A DNA stretch of 64,000 nt from assembly GCF_006345805.1 (NCBI RefSeq), contig NC_043020.1, positions 5,580,001-5,644,000 of the forward strand, given 5' to 3'. Made by a program: the position numbers and the translations under genes. The DNA is from Octopus sinensis (taxonomy: Eukaryota). The notes beneath the pieces are model-generated. The model was given only the letters and a program-made list of their open reading frames with translations. It had not been told where the DNA came from and searched no databases. Shown here one piece after another: positions 13,139-25,732 of the stretch (position 1 is its first letter; each line of letters begins with the position of its first letter).

Positions 13139-13159
13139 TTGTTATTTGTTTCATCTTAG

Positions 13160-13279
13160 GGAGAAAGACGGAATCTGGGCCGCAATGGCTTGGCTCAGTA
13201 TCCTTGCCCACCGCAAACAGAGCGTCGAGGAGATCTTACAAAGCCACTGGCAGCAGTATGGCCGTAACTTCTTCACCAG
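13160..13279 (+). CDS. PGM1: Phosphoglucomutase coding exon (120 bp)
   Basis: ttag|GGAGAAAGAC...TTCACCAG|gtatgt; [41 protein letters not shown]. Confidence 0.97.
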
Positions 13280-13299
13280 GTATGTTTATCCGTCTACCT

Positions 13300-13960
13300 T
13301 TGTTCACCGTGTATGCGTTATTGTTCACTAGCTGTTCACTAAGTGTCCTGATTCTTCACCAAGCAACTTTAAGCTGTTCACCAGCTGTGTCTGTTGTTCA
13401 TGGTATGATTGTTCATCAGATGAGTGTATTGTTTCACAATGTATGTTCATTGTTCACTGAGTGTTTGTTCAATAAACATGCACAGTGTTCACTAGATGTG
13501 TGCAATGTTCTCTATGAATGCTTTTATCAGAAATTTATATTGTTCACCAGATGTATATAGTGTTCACCAGATTATATAGTGTTCACTGGATGTATATAGT
13601 GTTCACTAGATGTATATAGTGTTCACCAGATGAATATACTGTTCACCAGATGTATATAGTGTTCACCAGATGAATATAGTGTCCACCAGATGTATATAGT
13701 GTTCACCAGATGAATATACTGTTCACCAGATGTATATAGTGTTCAGTAGATGTGTATATTGTTCACCATATATTTATATATTATACACCAAATGTTTATA
13801 TTATTCACCAGATGTTTATAATATACAGCAGATCTGTATATTATACATCATCATCATTGTTTAACGTCCGTTTTCCATGCTAGCATGGGTATTGTTCACC
13901 AAACATATATATTGTTCACCAGATGTATATATATACACTAGATGTTTATATATTGTACAC
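13300..13960. repeat. 20-bp minisatellite (GTTCACCAGATGTATATAGT), degenerate at the edges
   Basis: Near-perfect units at 13540-13780; the array begins directly after the exon 13160-13279 donor. Confidence 0.9.
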
Positions 13961-14470
13961 CAGATACATGTATTCTTTTACTCTTTTACTTGTTCAACTC
14001 ATGTGACTATGGCCATGCTAGAGCACCACCTTTAATCAAGCAAATCGACCCCAGGATTTATTCTTTGTAAGCCTAGCACTTATTCTGTCAGTCTCTTTTG
14101 CCGAACCAATAAGTTACGGGGACGTAAACACACCAGCATTGGTTGTCAAGCGATGTTGAGGAGACAAACACAGACACACAGACACACACATATATGCATA
14201 TATACGACAGGCTTCTTTCAGTTTCCGTCTACCGAATCCACTCAAGGCTTTGGTCGGCCCAAGGCTATAGTAGAAGACACTTGCCCAAGGTGCCACACAG
14301 TGGGACTGAACCCAGAACCATGTGGCTGGTAAGCAAGCTACTTACCACACAGCCACTCCTGCACCTATGTATTGTTCATTATGTTTGCTCAGTCATTTGT
14401 TGTGGGTGTTTGTTCACCAGATGTCTCCATTGTTCATTGTTCAGTATACCAGCATGAAGAAGTAAACATA

Positions 14471-14631
14471 GGCGCAGGAGTGGCTGTGTGGTAAGTAGCT
14501 TGCTTACCAACCACATGGTTCCGGGTTCAGTCCCACTGCGTGGCATCTTGGGCAATTGTCTTCTACTATAGCCTCGGGCCGACCAAAGCCTTGTGAGTGG
14601 ATTTGGCAGACGGAAACTGAAAGAAGCCCGT

Positions 14632-14668
<37 letters not shown>

Positions 14669-14897
14669 GCATGTGTGTGTTTGTGTGTCTGTGTTTGTCC
14701 TTCCCCCCCTCGCATTGCTTGACAACCGATGCTGGTGTGTTTAGGTCCCCATCACTTAGCGGTTCGGCAAAAGAGACTGATAGAATAAGTACTGGGCTTA
14801 CAAAAGAATAAGTCCCGGGGTCGAGTTGCTCGATTAGAGGCGGTGCTCCAGCATGGCCACAGTCAAAATGACTGAAACAAGTAGAAGAGTAAAAGAG
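14471..14897 (+). mobile_element. tRNA-derived SINE family A (representative copy)
   Basis: GGCTGTGTGGTAAG...GGTTCAGTCCC head, TA/CA microsatellite middle, GGCGGTGCTCCAGCATGGCC...AAAGAG tail. About 20 full or partial copies, e.g. 440-860, 13975-14325, 23250-23665, 40577-40870, 44245-44645, 58360-58670. Confidence 0.9.
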
Positions 14898-15059
14898 TAT
14901 GGAAATAACAACAACAACAATGATGATGATGAAGATAATGATGGTGTTATGTGTCTGCATGTGTGTGTGTGTGTATGTGCGTTCATGTATCTGTGCATCT
15001 GCATGTGAATACGTAAAAGAGCAACGTTGTGCAATTGATAATGTCTCCCTTGTGTTTAG

Positions 15060-15243
15060 GTATGACTACGAGAAGTGCGAGTCTGGTCCGGCCGAGAAGA
15101 TGATGGAGGTCCTGTTTGCCTTCATCAGCGATGCATGCAACATTGACAAAGACTTCACGGAGCACGGCAAAACCTACAAGCTGAAGAAAGCCGACAACTT
15201 CTCCTACACAGACCCCATCGACAAGAGTGTCAGCGTGAAACAG
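15060..15243 (+). CDS. PGM1: Phosphoglucomutase coding exon (184 bp)
   Basis: ttag|GTATGACTAC...AAACAG|gtcagt; YDYEKCESGPAEKMM...KADNFSYTDPIDKSVSVKQ. Confidence 0.97.
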
Positions 15244-15898
15244 GTCAGTTACCCACCCACTCCTTGGGGTGGGCTTGGGCTTGGGCTTGGGCTTGGTGGC
15301 GGCAGCAGCGGATGGCCATAATGATTGATATCTGGGAGCATTGGGTGGGGGTAGGGGTGATGACATTGGTAGTATTGGTGATGGTGGTGGTGGTGGTGGA
15401 GGTGGTGGAGGTGGTGGTGGTGGTGGTGGTGGTATTAAAAGTAGTTGTGGTGGCACTGTTGTTGTTGGTAGTAGTGGTGGTGGTTGTATTAAATGGTATT
15501 TGTGATATTAGTACTGGTTGCAGTGGTGGTGGTGGTGGTGGTGATGGCGGCAGCGGCGGTGGTGGTGGCATTAGTCACTGAGGTAGTGTTGCTGGTAGTT
15601 GTAGTGTCATAAGTGGTTTGCTAATGATTGTGGCATTGGTTGCGAGTGATGGTAGTAGTGGTGATGGTGGTGGTGTTATGAGTATTAGTAGCAGCAGTGG
15701 TGGCAGAAAGCATTATGATGATGAAAGGCAGCAAGCTGGCAGAATCGTTAGCACGCCGGGTGAAATGCTTAGCGGTATTTCATCTGTCCTAACGTTCTGA
15801 GTTCAAATTCTGCCAAGGTTGACTTTGCTCTACATCCTTTCAGGGTCGATAAATTAACTACCAGTTATGCACGTGGGTTCATGTAATCGACTTAATCA

Positions 15899-16614
15899 AC
15901 ATCATCACTGTTCGACTGTGGTCGAGACAATGGAATTTACCATGCTACGCCAGACTTCACGGTCCATCATAGCATTACGGAGGTCCTGTTGCTGGATGCC
16001 TGTATCCCTGGAGATTACATCAGGGTAGGAGAGTGTGCGCCCTCTGGTATCGCGAGCAGATGGCTTCCAGAGGAGAAGAGTAGAAATGACTTCTTTTTCA
16101 GCTCTACAACAATGTCCAGCAAACTGGACTCTCCTACCCTTCACAAGAGACAATGGAATTTACCATGCTACGCCTGACCTCACGGTCCATCATAGCATTA
16201 TGGAGGTCCTGTTGCTGGATGCCTGTATCCCTGGAGATTACATCAGGGTAGGAGAGAGTGTGCCCTCTGGTATCGCGAGCAGATGGCTTCCAGAGGAGAA
16301 GAGTAGAAATTGCCTCGTTTTCAGCTCTACAACAATGTCCAGCAAACTGGACTCTCCTACCTTTCACAAGAGATGACACAGGTCGTAGTTTCCCATATAT
16401 TTGCATTTTGGTTGGATGACGCTTCCACGAGAGATTTTGAGCTCTCATAAGGAGGCGAGTGTAGGTTCCATCCAACCGCCTCTCAAGCTTCTTTGATAAC
16501 GTCCAGGTTTCTGAGCCATATAGTAGAATTGGTTCGACTGTGGCTTTGAAGATTTCAAGTTTGAAGTCTCTACTTAGATTTGATGACCAGATCTTATGCA
16601 TGTCATTATGCATG
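15899..16614 (-). mobile_element. RTE-clade LINE 3' fragment with an internal 223-bp tandem duplication, nested in a SINE-B
   Basis: FKATVEPILLYGSETWTL...RRVQFAGHCCR...DREVWR; (TGA)n tail; 15924-16146 repeated at 16147-16369; imperfect tcgactta duplication in the host SINE. Confidence 0.9.
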
Positions 16615-16742
16615 TCGACTTATTACCTTTGTCTGTCCTTGTTTGTTCTGTCTATGTTTAGCTCCTTGTGGGCAGTAAAGAAATAAGAAAGCATTATGAT
16701 GATGATGAGGATGAACTTAAAGCATTCTGTGCTTGTTTCTAG

Positions 16743-16958
<216 letters not shown>

Positions 16959-17535
16959 TAAATGCTGTTCTTTGTTTGGGAATCAGACATGGCTGTGTGG
17001 TTAAGAAGATTGTTTTCCAACCACCTGGTTTCACCTATAATCGTCTGCCCTTGATGACAAGACTCAGCCGTTGTGTGGCGCATTGGCTCTTGGAAGCACA
17101 CCCTCGTTGGTGGCTTTGTCTCCTCATCTGATGCCCAGAATTTTTCAGAGCCATCTTTCACGTAAAGCATCAAACTGTTTCCTGTCTTTCAATTTTTGGT
17201 GGTCCTCTTCCATTTGTCAGCATCAGTATGGCAATCAAAGATGCTGACGAGTATCACAGACCAAATTAAGGTCGTTCGGGTCAGTTTTCTTTTACTTGTT
17301 TGAGTTATTTGACTGCGGCCATGCTGGAGCACTGCCTTTAGTCAAACAAATCAACCCCAGGACTTATTCTTTGTAAGCCTAGTACTTATTCTATTGGTCT
17401 CTTTTGCCAAACCTCTAAGTTACCGGGACGTAAACACACCAGCATCGATTGTCAAGCGATGGTGGTGGGGACAAACACAAACAAATGCATACACACACAC
17501 ACACACACATATATACACATACACACACACACATA

Positions 17536-18385
17536 GAATTAAGAGATAGAACCTCCATCAAAGTAATTCAATTAATAGTGAAAGATATTATCTATAAAAA
17601 AATATAAATTTAAATATATTATTAATATTGTACTAAAAATTACTTTACTAAATAATACACATTAAATAGATTTAATTATAAATTTAATTATAAATTTTAA
17701 ATTATAAGTTTGACTTTTAGTTTAATGTCCAAAATTCTATTTAACTGATAAATGTTTTCATTATTCATAAATATTGTTAAATTTTATCTGATTACTCATT
17801 TATTTAAATAAATTAACCACATAAATTAATTTTTTCCTTCATATATTTTTGTCCTATATTTCTCATTTAGTCTTTCTAAAATTATCTCCCCTACACTGGA
17901 AATCATTTAAATAGAGGATATAATTTTCTTTAGTACTGGTATTCATTAATAAGAATTATCTCCCCTACATTGGAAATCATATAAATAGCGGACATAATTT
18001 ATTCAGTAGCCATGTTTAATTTGTGGATTTAACTGGTACTCATCAATTAAGATATGCTTCTATTTTTCTATAATACTGTCAAGTTTTATCAATTATTTCT
18101 AAAATGTATAGTTTATTATAATGTTTTCATTTATGTTGTAAATTTATTTTATGTTATTTAGACCTGAAGAGTGGCTATGTATCGTAGGATCGAATTCATA
18201 TTAATTTTTGAGGTTATCGATTTTGATATCGTCGATTTGAATATATCGTCACGAAACATGCGTCATCTATTTAGTATAGTAATTTTTAGTACAATATTAA
18301 TAATATATTTAAATTTATATTTTATAATAGATAATTTCTTTCACTATAAAATTGAATTACTTTGATGGAGGTTCTGTCTCTTAAT

Positions 18386-18387
<2 letters not shown>
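17536..18387. mobile_element. AT-rich 852-bp element with ~115-bp terminal inverted repeats, inserted in the microsatellite of a SINE in the last PGM intron
   Basis: GAATTAAGAGATAGAACCTCCATCAAAGTAATTCAATT...ACTAAATA at the left end is mirrored at 18268-18387; internal 47-bp direct repeat (17881, 17954); flanked by the two halves of one SINE-A copy. Confidence 0.8.
18159..18269 (+). ncRNA. Type I hammerhead-like motif inside a long inverted-repeat element
   Basis: UAGAC-CUGAAGA-GUGGC(72 nt)GUCAC-GAAA-C-AUGC-GUC-AUCUA. Core complete; the first pair of stem I is an A-C mismatch. Confidence 0.6.
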
Positions 18388-18432
<45 letters not shown>

Positions 18433-20246
18433 CATGAAATTTGATTTAGTATTACTAAATTGAGTTGGTTTTCCCCTGCTGCCTTGGAATTTTATATTCC
18501 CTACTATTAATAATTATATATATATATATATGACAGGCTTCTTTCAGTTTCCGTCTACCAAATCCACTCAAAAGGCTTTGGTCGGCCCAAGGCTATAGTA
18601 GAAGACATTTGCCCAAGGTGCCACGCAGTGGGAATGAACCCAGATTCCTGAACAGTCAATAAAATAAAATGTCAAGTACTGAGATCAATGACACTGACTA
18701 ACACCCCACCCCATCACCTCAGAAATTACTGGTCACCTACCTAAATGAGAAGCAATTATTGCTAGAGCCATTGACTCCTTTAACAGATAACCCTTTCATT
18801 ACCATAGTTCTGTTAAAATAAACAGCATTTTTTCAATTAATTTTGAAAATTAATTATAGGCGCAGGAGTGGCTGTGTGGTAAGTAACTTGCTTACCAACC
18901 ACATGGTTCCGAGTTCAGTCCCACTGTGTGGCACCTTGGGCAAATGTCTTCTGCTATAGCCTCGGGCTGGCCAAAGCCTTGTGAGTGGATTTGGTAGACG
19001 GAAACTGAAAAGAAGACTGTTGTATATATATGTATGTATGTGTGTATGTGTACAATGCACATGATAACACTTCCAATCAGTTAAGATCAGAAGCCATGAG
19101 AGCCACTGCCTCAGGGCACTTATTATTATTATTATTCTATGTTTGACTTTGGCTTTACATTTGCACAAGCTGGTTCCAAGTCCTACCCAGAGACCTCAAG
19201 AGACAACAAGTTGGAAGTCATGTTGGTGTTATGCCTAGGGTGCCATATATTTGGTTTTGTACTTAGTGTTGTACTAGTGAATGCCTAAAAAACCATACGA
19301 AAATTATGTTTGTTTTAAAACTTGAGATTACATAGAAAGTATTTTGCGTAGGATATGAGCAGTTCCCATGAGCACTATCTTTTGAATTTCTGCCATTTTG
19401 GGGTTTCCTGGTATCTGAGTTAGGTAGCAATCAGCCCCTTTTGCTATCATTCCCAGGGCACCTATGACAACAGGTATTGTTTTAGTCTTCACGTTCTACA
19501 TTTTGCTGATTTCTATTTCCAGATTTTTACATTTGCTCAGTTTCTGGTAGGTCTTGACAGATACGTTTATATTGATTGGGACAGTCATAGCATATTATTC
19601 ATTATCATCATCATCATCATTTAACATCCGTTCTCCATGCTAGCATGGGTTGGATGGTTCGACCGGGGATCTGGGAAGCCAGAAGGCTGCACCAGGCTCC
19701 GGTCTTATCTGGCAATGTTTCTACAGCTGGATGCCCTTCCTAACGCCAACCACTCTGTGAGTGTAGTGGGTGCTTTTTACGTGCCACCTGCACTGGTGCC
19801 AGGCGAGGCTGGCATTGGCCACGGTCGGATTGGTGCATTTTACGTGCCACCTGCACGGAAGCCAGTCGAGGTGGCACTGGCTTCGGCCACGATTCGGATG
19901 GTGCTTTTTACGTGCCACTGACACGGAAGCCAGTCGAGGCAGCGCTGGCATCGGCCACGATTCGGATAGTGCTTTTTACGTATCTCCAGTCCAGGGGTCC
20001 TGGCATCTGCCGGGTGCCAGTCATAGGATTGGTTCAATTTCGATTCCGATTTCACTTGCCCCAACAGGTCTTTGCAGGCATGGGTGCCTGTCGTCGGATG
20101 AGGTTCGATATCGACTTCGCTTGCCTCAACAGGTCTTTGTGCGTCCAAGGGAGGAAAGGCATGCATAAGTGGGCTGGACTCACTTGTCCTGCCTGGTCTT
20201 TTCACGCACAGCATATTTCCAAAGGTCTCGGTCGCTGGTCATTTCC

Positions 20247-20277
<31 letters not shown>

Positions 20278-20300
20278 TATAATTATTCTTTTCTTTCCAG

Positions 20301-20390
20301 GTTGTTCTGAAGCCGTTGATTGACATTGCTCTGAAGATTTCTCAGCTTCCCCAGCTGACGGGACGCTCTGCTCCCACCGTCATCACGTAA
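20301..20390 (+). CDS. PGM1: Phosphoglucomutase terminal coding exon (90 bp including TAA)
   Basis: ccag|GTTGTTCTG...ATCACGTAA; VVLKPLIDIALKISQLPQLTGRSAPTVIT*, the typical PGM C-terminus. The nine exons sum to 1443 nt and stay in frame. Confidence 0.97.
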   Translation, partial: VVLKPLIDIALKISQLPQLTGRSAPTVIT

Positions 20391-20596
20391 ACGCCAGCAG
20401 GGCCGTTCCTACTCCGCATCCGCTCCTCAATGACATGGGAATCCTACCCCTTAATTTTTTTTGTTATTGGAATTATTGCTCCATAAGCAGGCGGCACCCT
20501 TCATTAAAATGGAAGGGGAACCCCCAATGACGCGTTGGGTTTTTTTTTTTTTGGATTTTTTTTTGTTTTTTTTTCTAGCCTGGGATTTAAAAAACG

Positions 20597-20627
<31 letters not shown>

Positions 20628-20738
20628 TTTACATTTGGTTTTTTCTTAATTTCGGAGTTTTAAAGAAACTTGCATAACGAATATTCAGACTAATTAATAT
20701 TTATTTTCCTATTTTGCTTACTTACTCAATAACGACAC

Positions 20739-20744
20739 AATAAA
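20739..20744 (+). promoter_or_regulatory. Candidate polyadenylation signal of the PGM transcript
   Basis: First AATAAA noticed after the PGM stop (about 350 nt downstream), in an AT/U-rich 3' region. Position only, no transcript evidence. Confidence 0.35.
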
Positions 20745-21269
20745 TTCAAAGGCATTGAACCCTCCTCATAAAGGATTATTATTATTATTATTATTATTAT
20801 CATTAGCATTTTATAAGACAGCGAGTTAGCAGGTGGTACAAATACTCAGTGGCATTTCCTCTGTCTGTGTTCTGAGTTCAAATTCTGCAAAGGTCAGCTT
20901 TGTTTTTCATCCTTTCAGGGTCGATGAAATAACTACCAGTCATAGACTAGGGTTAATGAAATCGACTAGTCCCCTTTCTCCAAAATTCCAGGCCTTGTGC
21001 CTTTAGTGGAAAGTATTACTGTTATTATTATTATTATTATTATTGTTTTTGGTTTTTATTGACGAAAGAAAAGTAAGCGCCCATGTGTGTGTGTGTGTGT
21101 GTGTGTGCATAAGTGTGTGTCTTATTATAATTATAAATTAATTATAAAATTCGGGGTTTGCCAATTATCGGCTTATGCTCCCTGGCCACTTAAATTATTG
21201 TGGTTATTACTCATTTTACTAATGATAATAATTAATTATAATATCTACATAAATATTTTTGAATATTTA

Positions 21270-21516
21270 TTCATTTAGTATATATGTATATATATATGTA
21301 TGTATGTATGTATATATGTGTATATATGTATGTATGTATGTATGTATGTGTATATATATATATGTATGTATGTGTATGTATATATATATATATATATGTA
21401 TGCGTATGTATATATATGTATGTGTATGTATGCGTATGTATGTATATATATGTATGTGTATGTATGTATATATATATATATATGTATGTGTATGTATGTA
21501 TATACATATATATATA

Positions 21517-21547
<31 letters not shown>

Positions 21548-22142
21548 ATTATGTATGTAAATGAATGTGTGTATAAATATAATTTATGAATATGTGAAAA
21601 TATAAATGTAGATGTGGGTATATTTATATGTGTGTGTGTGCATATATACATAGATAGCTATATCTATATCTAGCTATAAATGTACGTATGTACGTAAATG
21701 TATGTATATATATATATATGTGTGTGTGTGTATAGTATGTGTATATATGTATATGGATAGATATATGTGTGTGTGAATGTATTTATTTATATGCGAGGTG
21801 GTGAGCTGGCAGAATCATTTGCACCTTGGGCAAAAATTCTTAGCAACGTTTGTTTCAGCTTCTTGCGTTCTGAGTTCAAATCCTCCTTTCAGGGGTCGAT
21901 TAAATAAAGTACCAGCCAAGTACTGCGGTTAATGTAATTGACTTGTCCCTTTCCCGTCGAAATTGCTCGACCTGGACCCTACAGTGAACCGGTGTCCCAT
22001 TTAGGGAGATTGCTGGGGTCTCAATTACTTGTATGCGACGAAAACTGAGTAAACGACCTTAGGAATTTCAGGGCTTAAGAAAGATAAAAAATAGGAGTAT
22101 TTCTCTGTGTGTATTTGTGTAATAAATATACATATATGTATG

Positions 22143-22193
<51 letters not shown>

Positions 22194-22495
22194 TTGTATG
22201 TATATGTATGTTTGTATGTATATGTATGTATATGTATATATATGTATGTAGTGTATGTATATGTATGTATGTGTATGTATGTGTATATATATGTATGTAT
22301 GTGTATATATATGTATGTATGTGTATATATATGTATGTATGTGTATATATATGTATGTATGTGTATATGTATGTATGTATATATATATATATATATATAC
22401 ACTTATGTGTGTATGTATATGTATGTATATATATGTATGTATACATATGTATATGTATGTATATGTGTATGTATACATATGTATATGTATGTATA

Positions 22496-22550
<55 letters not shown>

Positions 22551-22670
22551 ATGAATATATGTATATGCATATGTATGTTTATATATGTATTTATGTGTGT
22601 GTGTATGTATATATAAATTTATAGATATATATAAGTATGTGCACACACACAAACACACACACATATATAT
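21270..22670. repeat. Two long (TA)n/(TATG)n/(TG)n microsatellite fields (others at 46600-47050 and 60075-60430)
   Basis: Direct inspection; source of the many Y/I/M/C/V or H/T/I/Y ORFs. Confidence 0.95.
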
Positions 22671-23732
22671 ACGAAAGAATGTTATACCATCTTTAATTCC
22701 TTCAAATCAGAATAATTTTTAAAATGTCCAAGGTCCAACCTTTTTTTTTTATGCAGCAGGGGTGGGGTGGCATTGGCAGTGCTTGATTAGTGCTTTATAT
22801 GATCAACCCCTGAAAAAAAATGGAAGGTTGAGTTCACCTCAGTGAGATTTGAACCCAGGACATGAAGAGCGGAAAGAAACAGAGCAAGGCATTGTCGGAT
22901 GCTCTAATGATTCTGGCAACCTACTAACCATACGATGATGATGATGATAATAATAATAATAATAATAATAATTTCCAGATTCATGTGGAAACTGCTTCAT
23001 GTAAATAAGTAAGGAAAATAAATAAGGCAAAAAATTTTTTTATTATTTATTATGAAATTGGTCTTAAAAAAGACTAAAATGAAAGGAAACTATTTAAATT
23101 ACCTTCGTTAAGTTAATGAATCGATTTGATTTACCTATTGTGAAGTTAAATAAATTTTATAAAAAGTGTGAAATTGTTGTTGTTATGTTTTTTTGTTTTG
23201 TTTTTTTTTTTACCTGGATATATTTATAACATTGTGTTTGTGTATACTCTCTCTCTTTTACTCTTTTACTCGTTTCAGTCATTTGAATGCGGCCATGCTG
23301 GAGCACCGCCTTCAGTCGAGCAAATCGACCCCGGGCCTTATTCTTTGTAAGCCCCAGTACTTATTCTATCGGTCTCTTTTGCCGAACTGCTAAGTGACGG
23401 GGACGTAAACACACCAGCATCGGTTGTCAAGCAATGCTAGGGGGACAAACACAGACACACAAACATATACACACACACTTATATATATATATACATATAT
23501 ACGACAGGTTTCTTTCAGTTTCCGTCTACCAAATCCACTCACAAGGCATTGGTCGGCCCGGGGCTATAGCAGAAGACACTTGCCCAAGATGCCACGCAGT
23601 GGGACTGAACCCGGAACCATGTGGTTGGTTAGCAAGCTACTTACCACACAGCCACTCCTGCGCCTATATATTTATATATTTGCATCTTTGTATATTTATA
23701 TATTTGCATCTTTTATCTACTACCTGTGTCTT

Positions 23733-23980
23733 CCCTTGGGGCCCGTGGCTGGGAATCGCTTACCTCTGACCGTGGCACCTGGTGTCCAGCTGTTCAAGGA
23801 AAAGCGCCTCAAGAGCCTGGACCAGAAGTGACAAACCCCCGAAAATAGAGGATCCCCAACCCTACTTCTGCTGTTACATGCCCAACATGTGGCCGCATCT
23901 GCGTGTCCATCTTTGGGCTCCGCTCCCACCTCTGGCGTCACAAACATCATTATTGAACCCCGACAGACTTCCATTATATT
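23733..23980 (+). mobile_element. RTE-clade LINE 3' end with a C2H2 finger
   Basis: VAGNR...GVQLFKEKRLKSLDQK followed by TCPTCGRICVSIFGLRSHLWRH, the terminal zinc finger seen in some RTE families. Confidence 0.75.
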
Positions 23981-25303
23981 ATCTTTTATCTTCTACTTGT
24001 GTCGGTTGTTAGATTGCGGCCATGCTGGAGCATCACCTTGAAGAGTTTTTAGTGAAACAAATCAACTCAAGTACTTGCTCTTCTGTTTTTTTTAAGTTTG
24101 GTACTTATTTTATGGCCCACTTTTTGCTGAACCGCTAAGTTACAGGGATGTAAAAAAACCAACTTCGTTTGTCAAGCAATGATGGAGGACACAGACACAT
24201 GTGCACACACACACACACACACATATATACATACATATATGTGTGTGTGTATGTATATATATATATATATATACATGTATATATATATGATACAGTTATA
24301 TATATATATATATATGCAATGGGCTTCTTTCAGTTTCTCTCTACCAAATCCACTTACAAAGAAAACATGCTGCCCAAGTTGCCATGCAGTGGGACTGAAC
24401 CCGGAACCATGTGATTGGGAAGCAAATCTTCTTACCACACAACCACAATAGCAGGTGTGTGTATGTATGTATGTATGTATGTATGTATGTATGTATGTAT
24501 GTATGTATGTATGTATATATATATATATACACAGGAGTGGCTGTGTGATAAGAAACTTGCTTCCCAACCACGTGGTTCCAGGTTCAGTCCCACTGAATGG
24601 CACCTTAGACAAGTTTCTTCTACTATAGCCTTGGGCTGAAAGAAGCCCATAGTATATGTGTGTGTATGTGATTGTCCCTCCCCCTGCCACTGCTTGACAA
24701 CCGGTATTGGTGTGTTTACATCCCTGTAACCTTGTAGCTTGGCAAAAGATAGACCAATAGAATAAGTCCTGGGGTCGCTTTGTTTGAGTAAAATCCTTCA
24801 AGGTGGTGCTCCAACATGGCCGCAGTCAAATCACTGAAACAAATAAAAACAAAATAAAAAAAAAATAGTGAGCCAAGAGTAATATCTAAGAGTGACCGGT
24901 GGCATTGTATTTCAACAAGATGGACAAATACAGGTGTATCAAATACCATACAACATAAGTGCTTGCTTTATTAAAACGATCTCCCCCTCTAGAAGATGTA
25001 TCATAATTAACAAATTCCAAATCAAGACCAGCTCCATTTGAGAAGGGGAGAAAATCTCTGGAGTCATGGATTCTCTAACGCTGACTTGCCATCGAGGAAA
25101 AGAACAGGCTTATTGTGTGGAAATAAGGGGGCAGTTGTAGATGCATTTTCCTGCCTAAATAACTGTCATTAGCTCAACAATTGTCTAATCTTATTTCCAG
25201 TAACCAAAGGGCTTAGACTTATGCAAAAACAAGTAGAAAACATTGATAACCTATAATAGTAATAATAAACAATCATTAATTTGGTTATTCGTTTATTAAC
25301 GTA

Positions 25304-25707
25304 CTAGCAGTATAGCCCAGCGTTGCTCGGGTTTGTTTTGTTTTCGACCCTTTAGAATTGGAATTTTTGAAAAATAAAACTTTTGCATTTTGTAGCTTGT
25401 TATTCTCTTTAAATGAACATTTTTCTGGTTGAAATACACCAAAAAATGGCGACACAGTAGTAAAAAACAATCGTAAAAAATAGGGATTTTCATAGAAAAA
25501 AAGCACTTTTTTTATGTAAATAATTTTTGGTGTTAACATGGTCCGATTTGAGTTTTTTCTTCTACGAAATGAAGAGCAAGCCTTCTTCTATCATACTCTC
25601 AATTTTGGTCAACTTGCACCGCAGGGTCTCGGAGGAGATAGTGTTAGTTGAAGGTTACCAAACCTGCCACACACACACACAGACAACTTCAGCTTTATGT
25701 ATATAGA
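25304..25707 (-). mobile_element. Non-autonomous Helitron (404 bp)
   Basis: Minus strand A|TCTATATACATAAAG...CCCGAGCAACGCTGGG hairpin...CTAG|T. Confidence 0.85.
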
Positions 25708-25732
25708 TTAATTTATTAATTTGTATATTTAT

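Noticed and set aside
13540-13780. CRISPR-like array (also considered for 19777-19990, 27430-28470 and 51198-51614)
   Set aside because: Units are contiguous without unique spacers, and the context is a eukaryotic intron or intergenic DNA with no cas genes.
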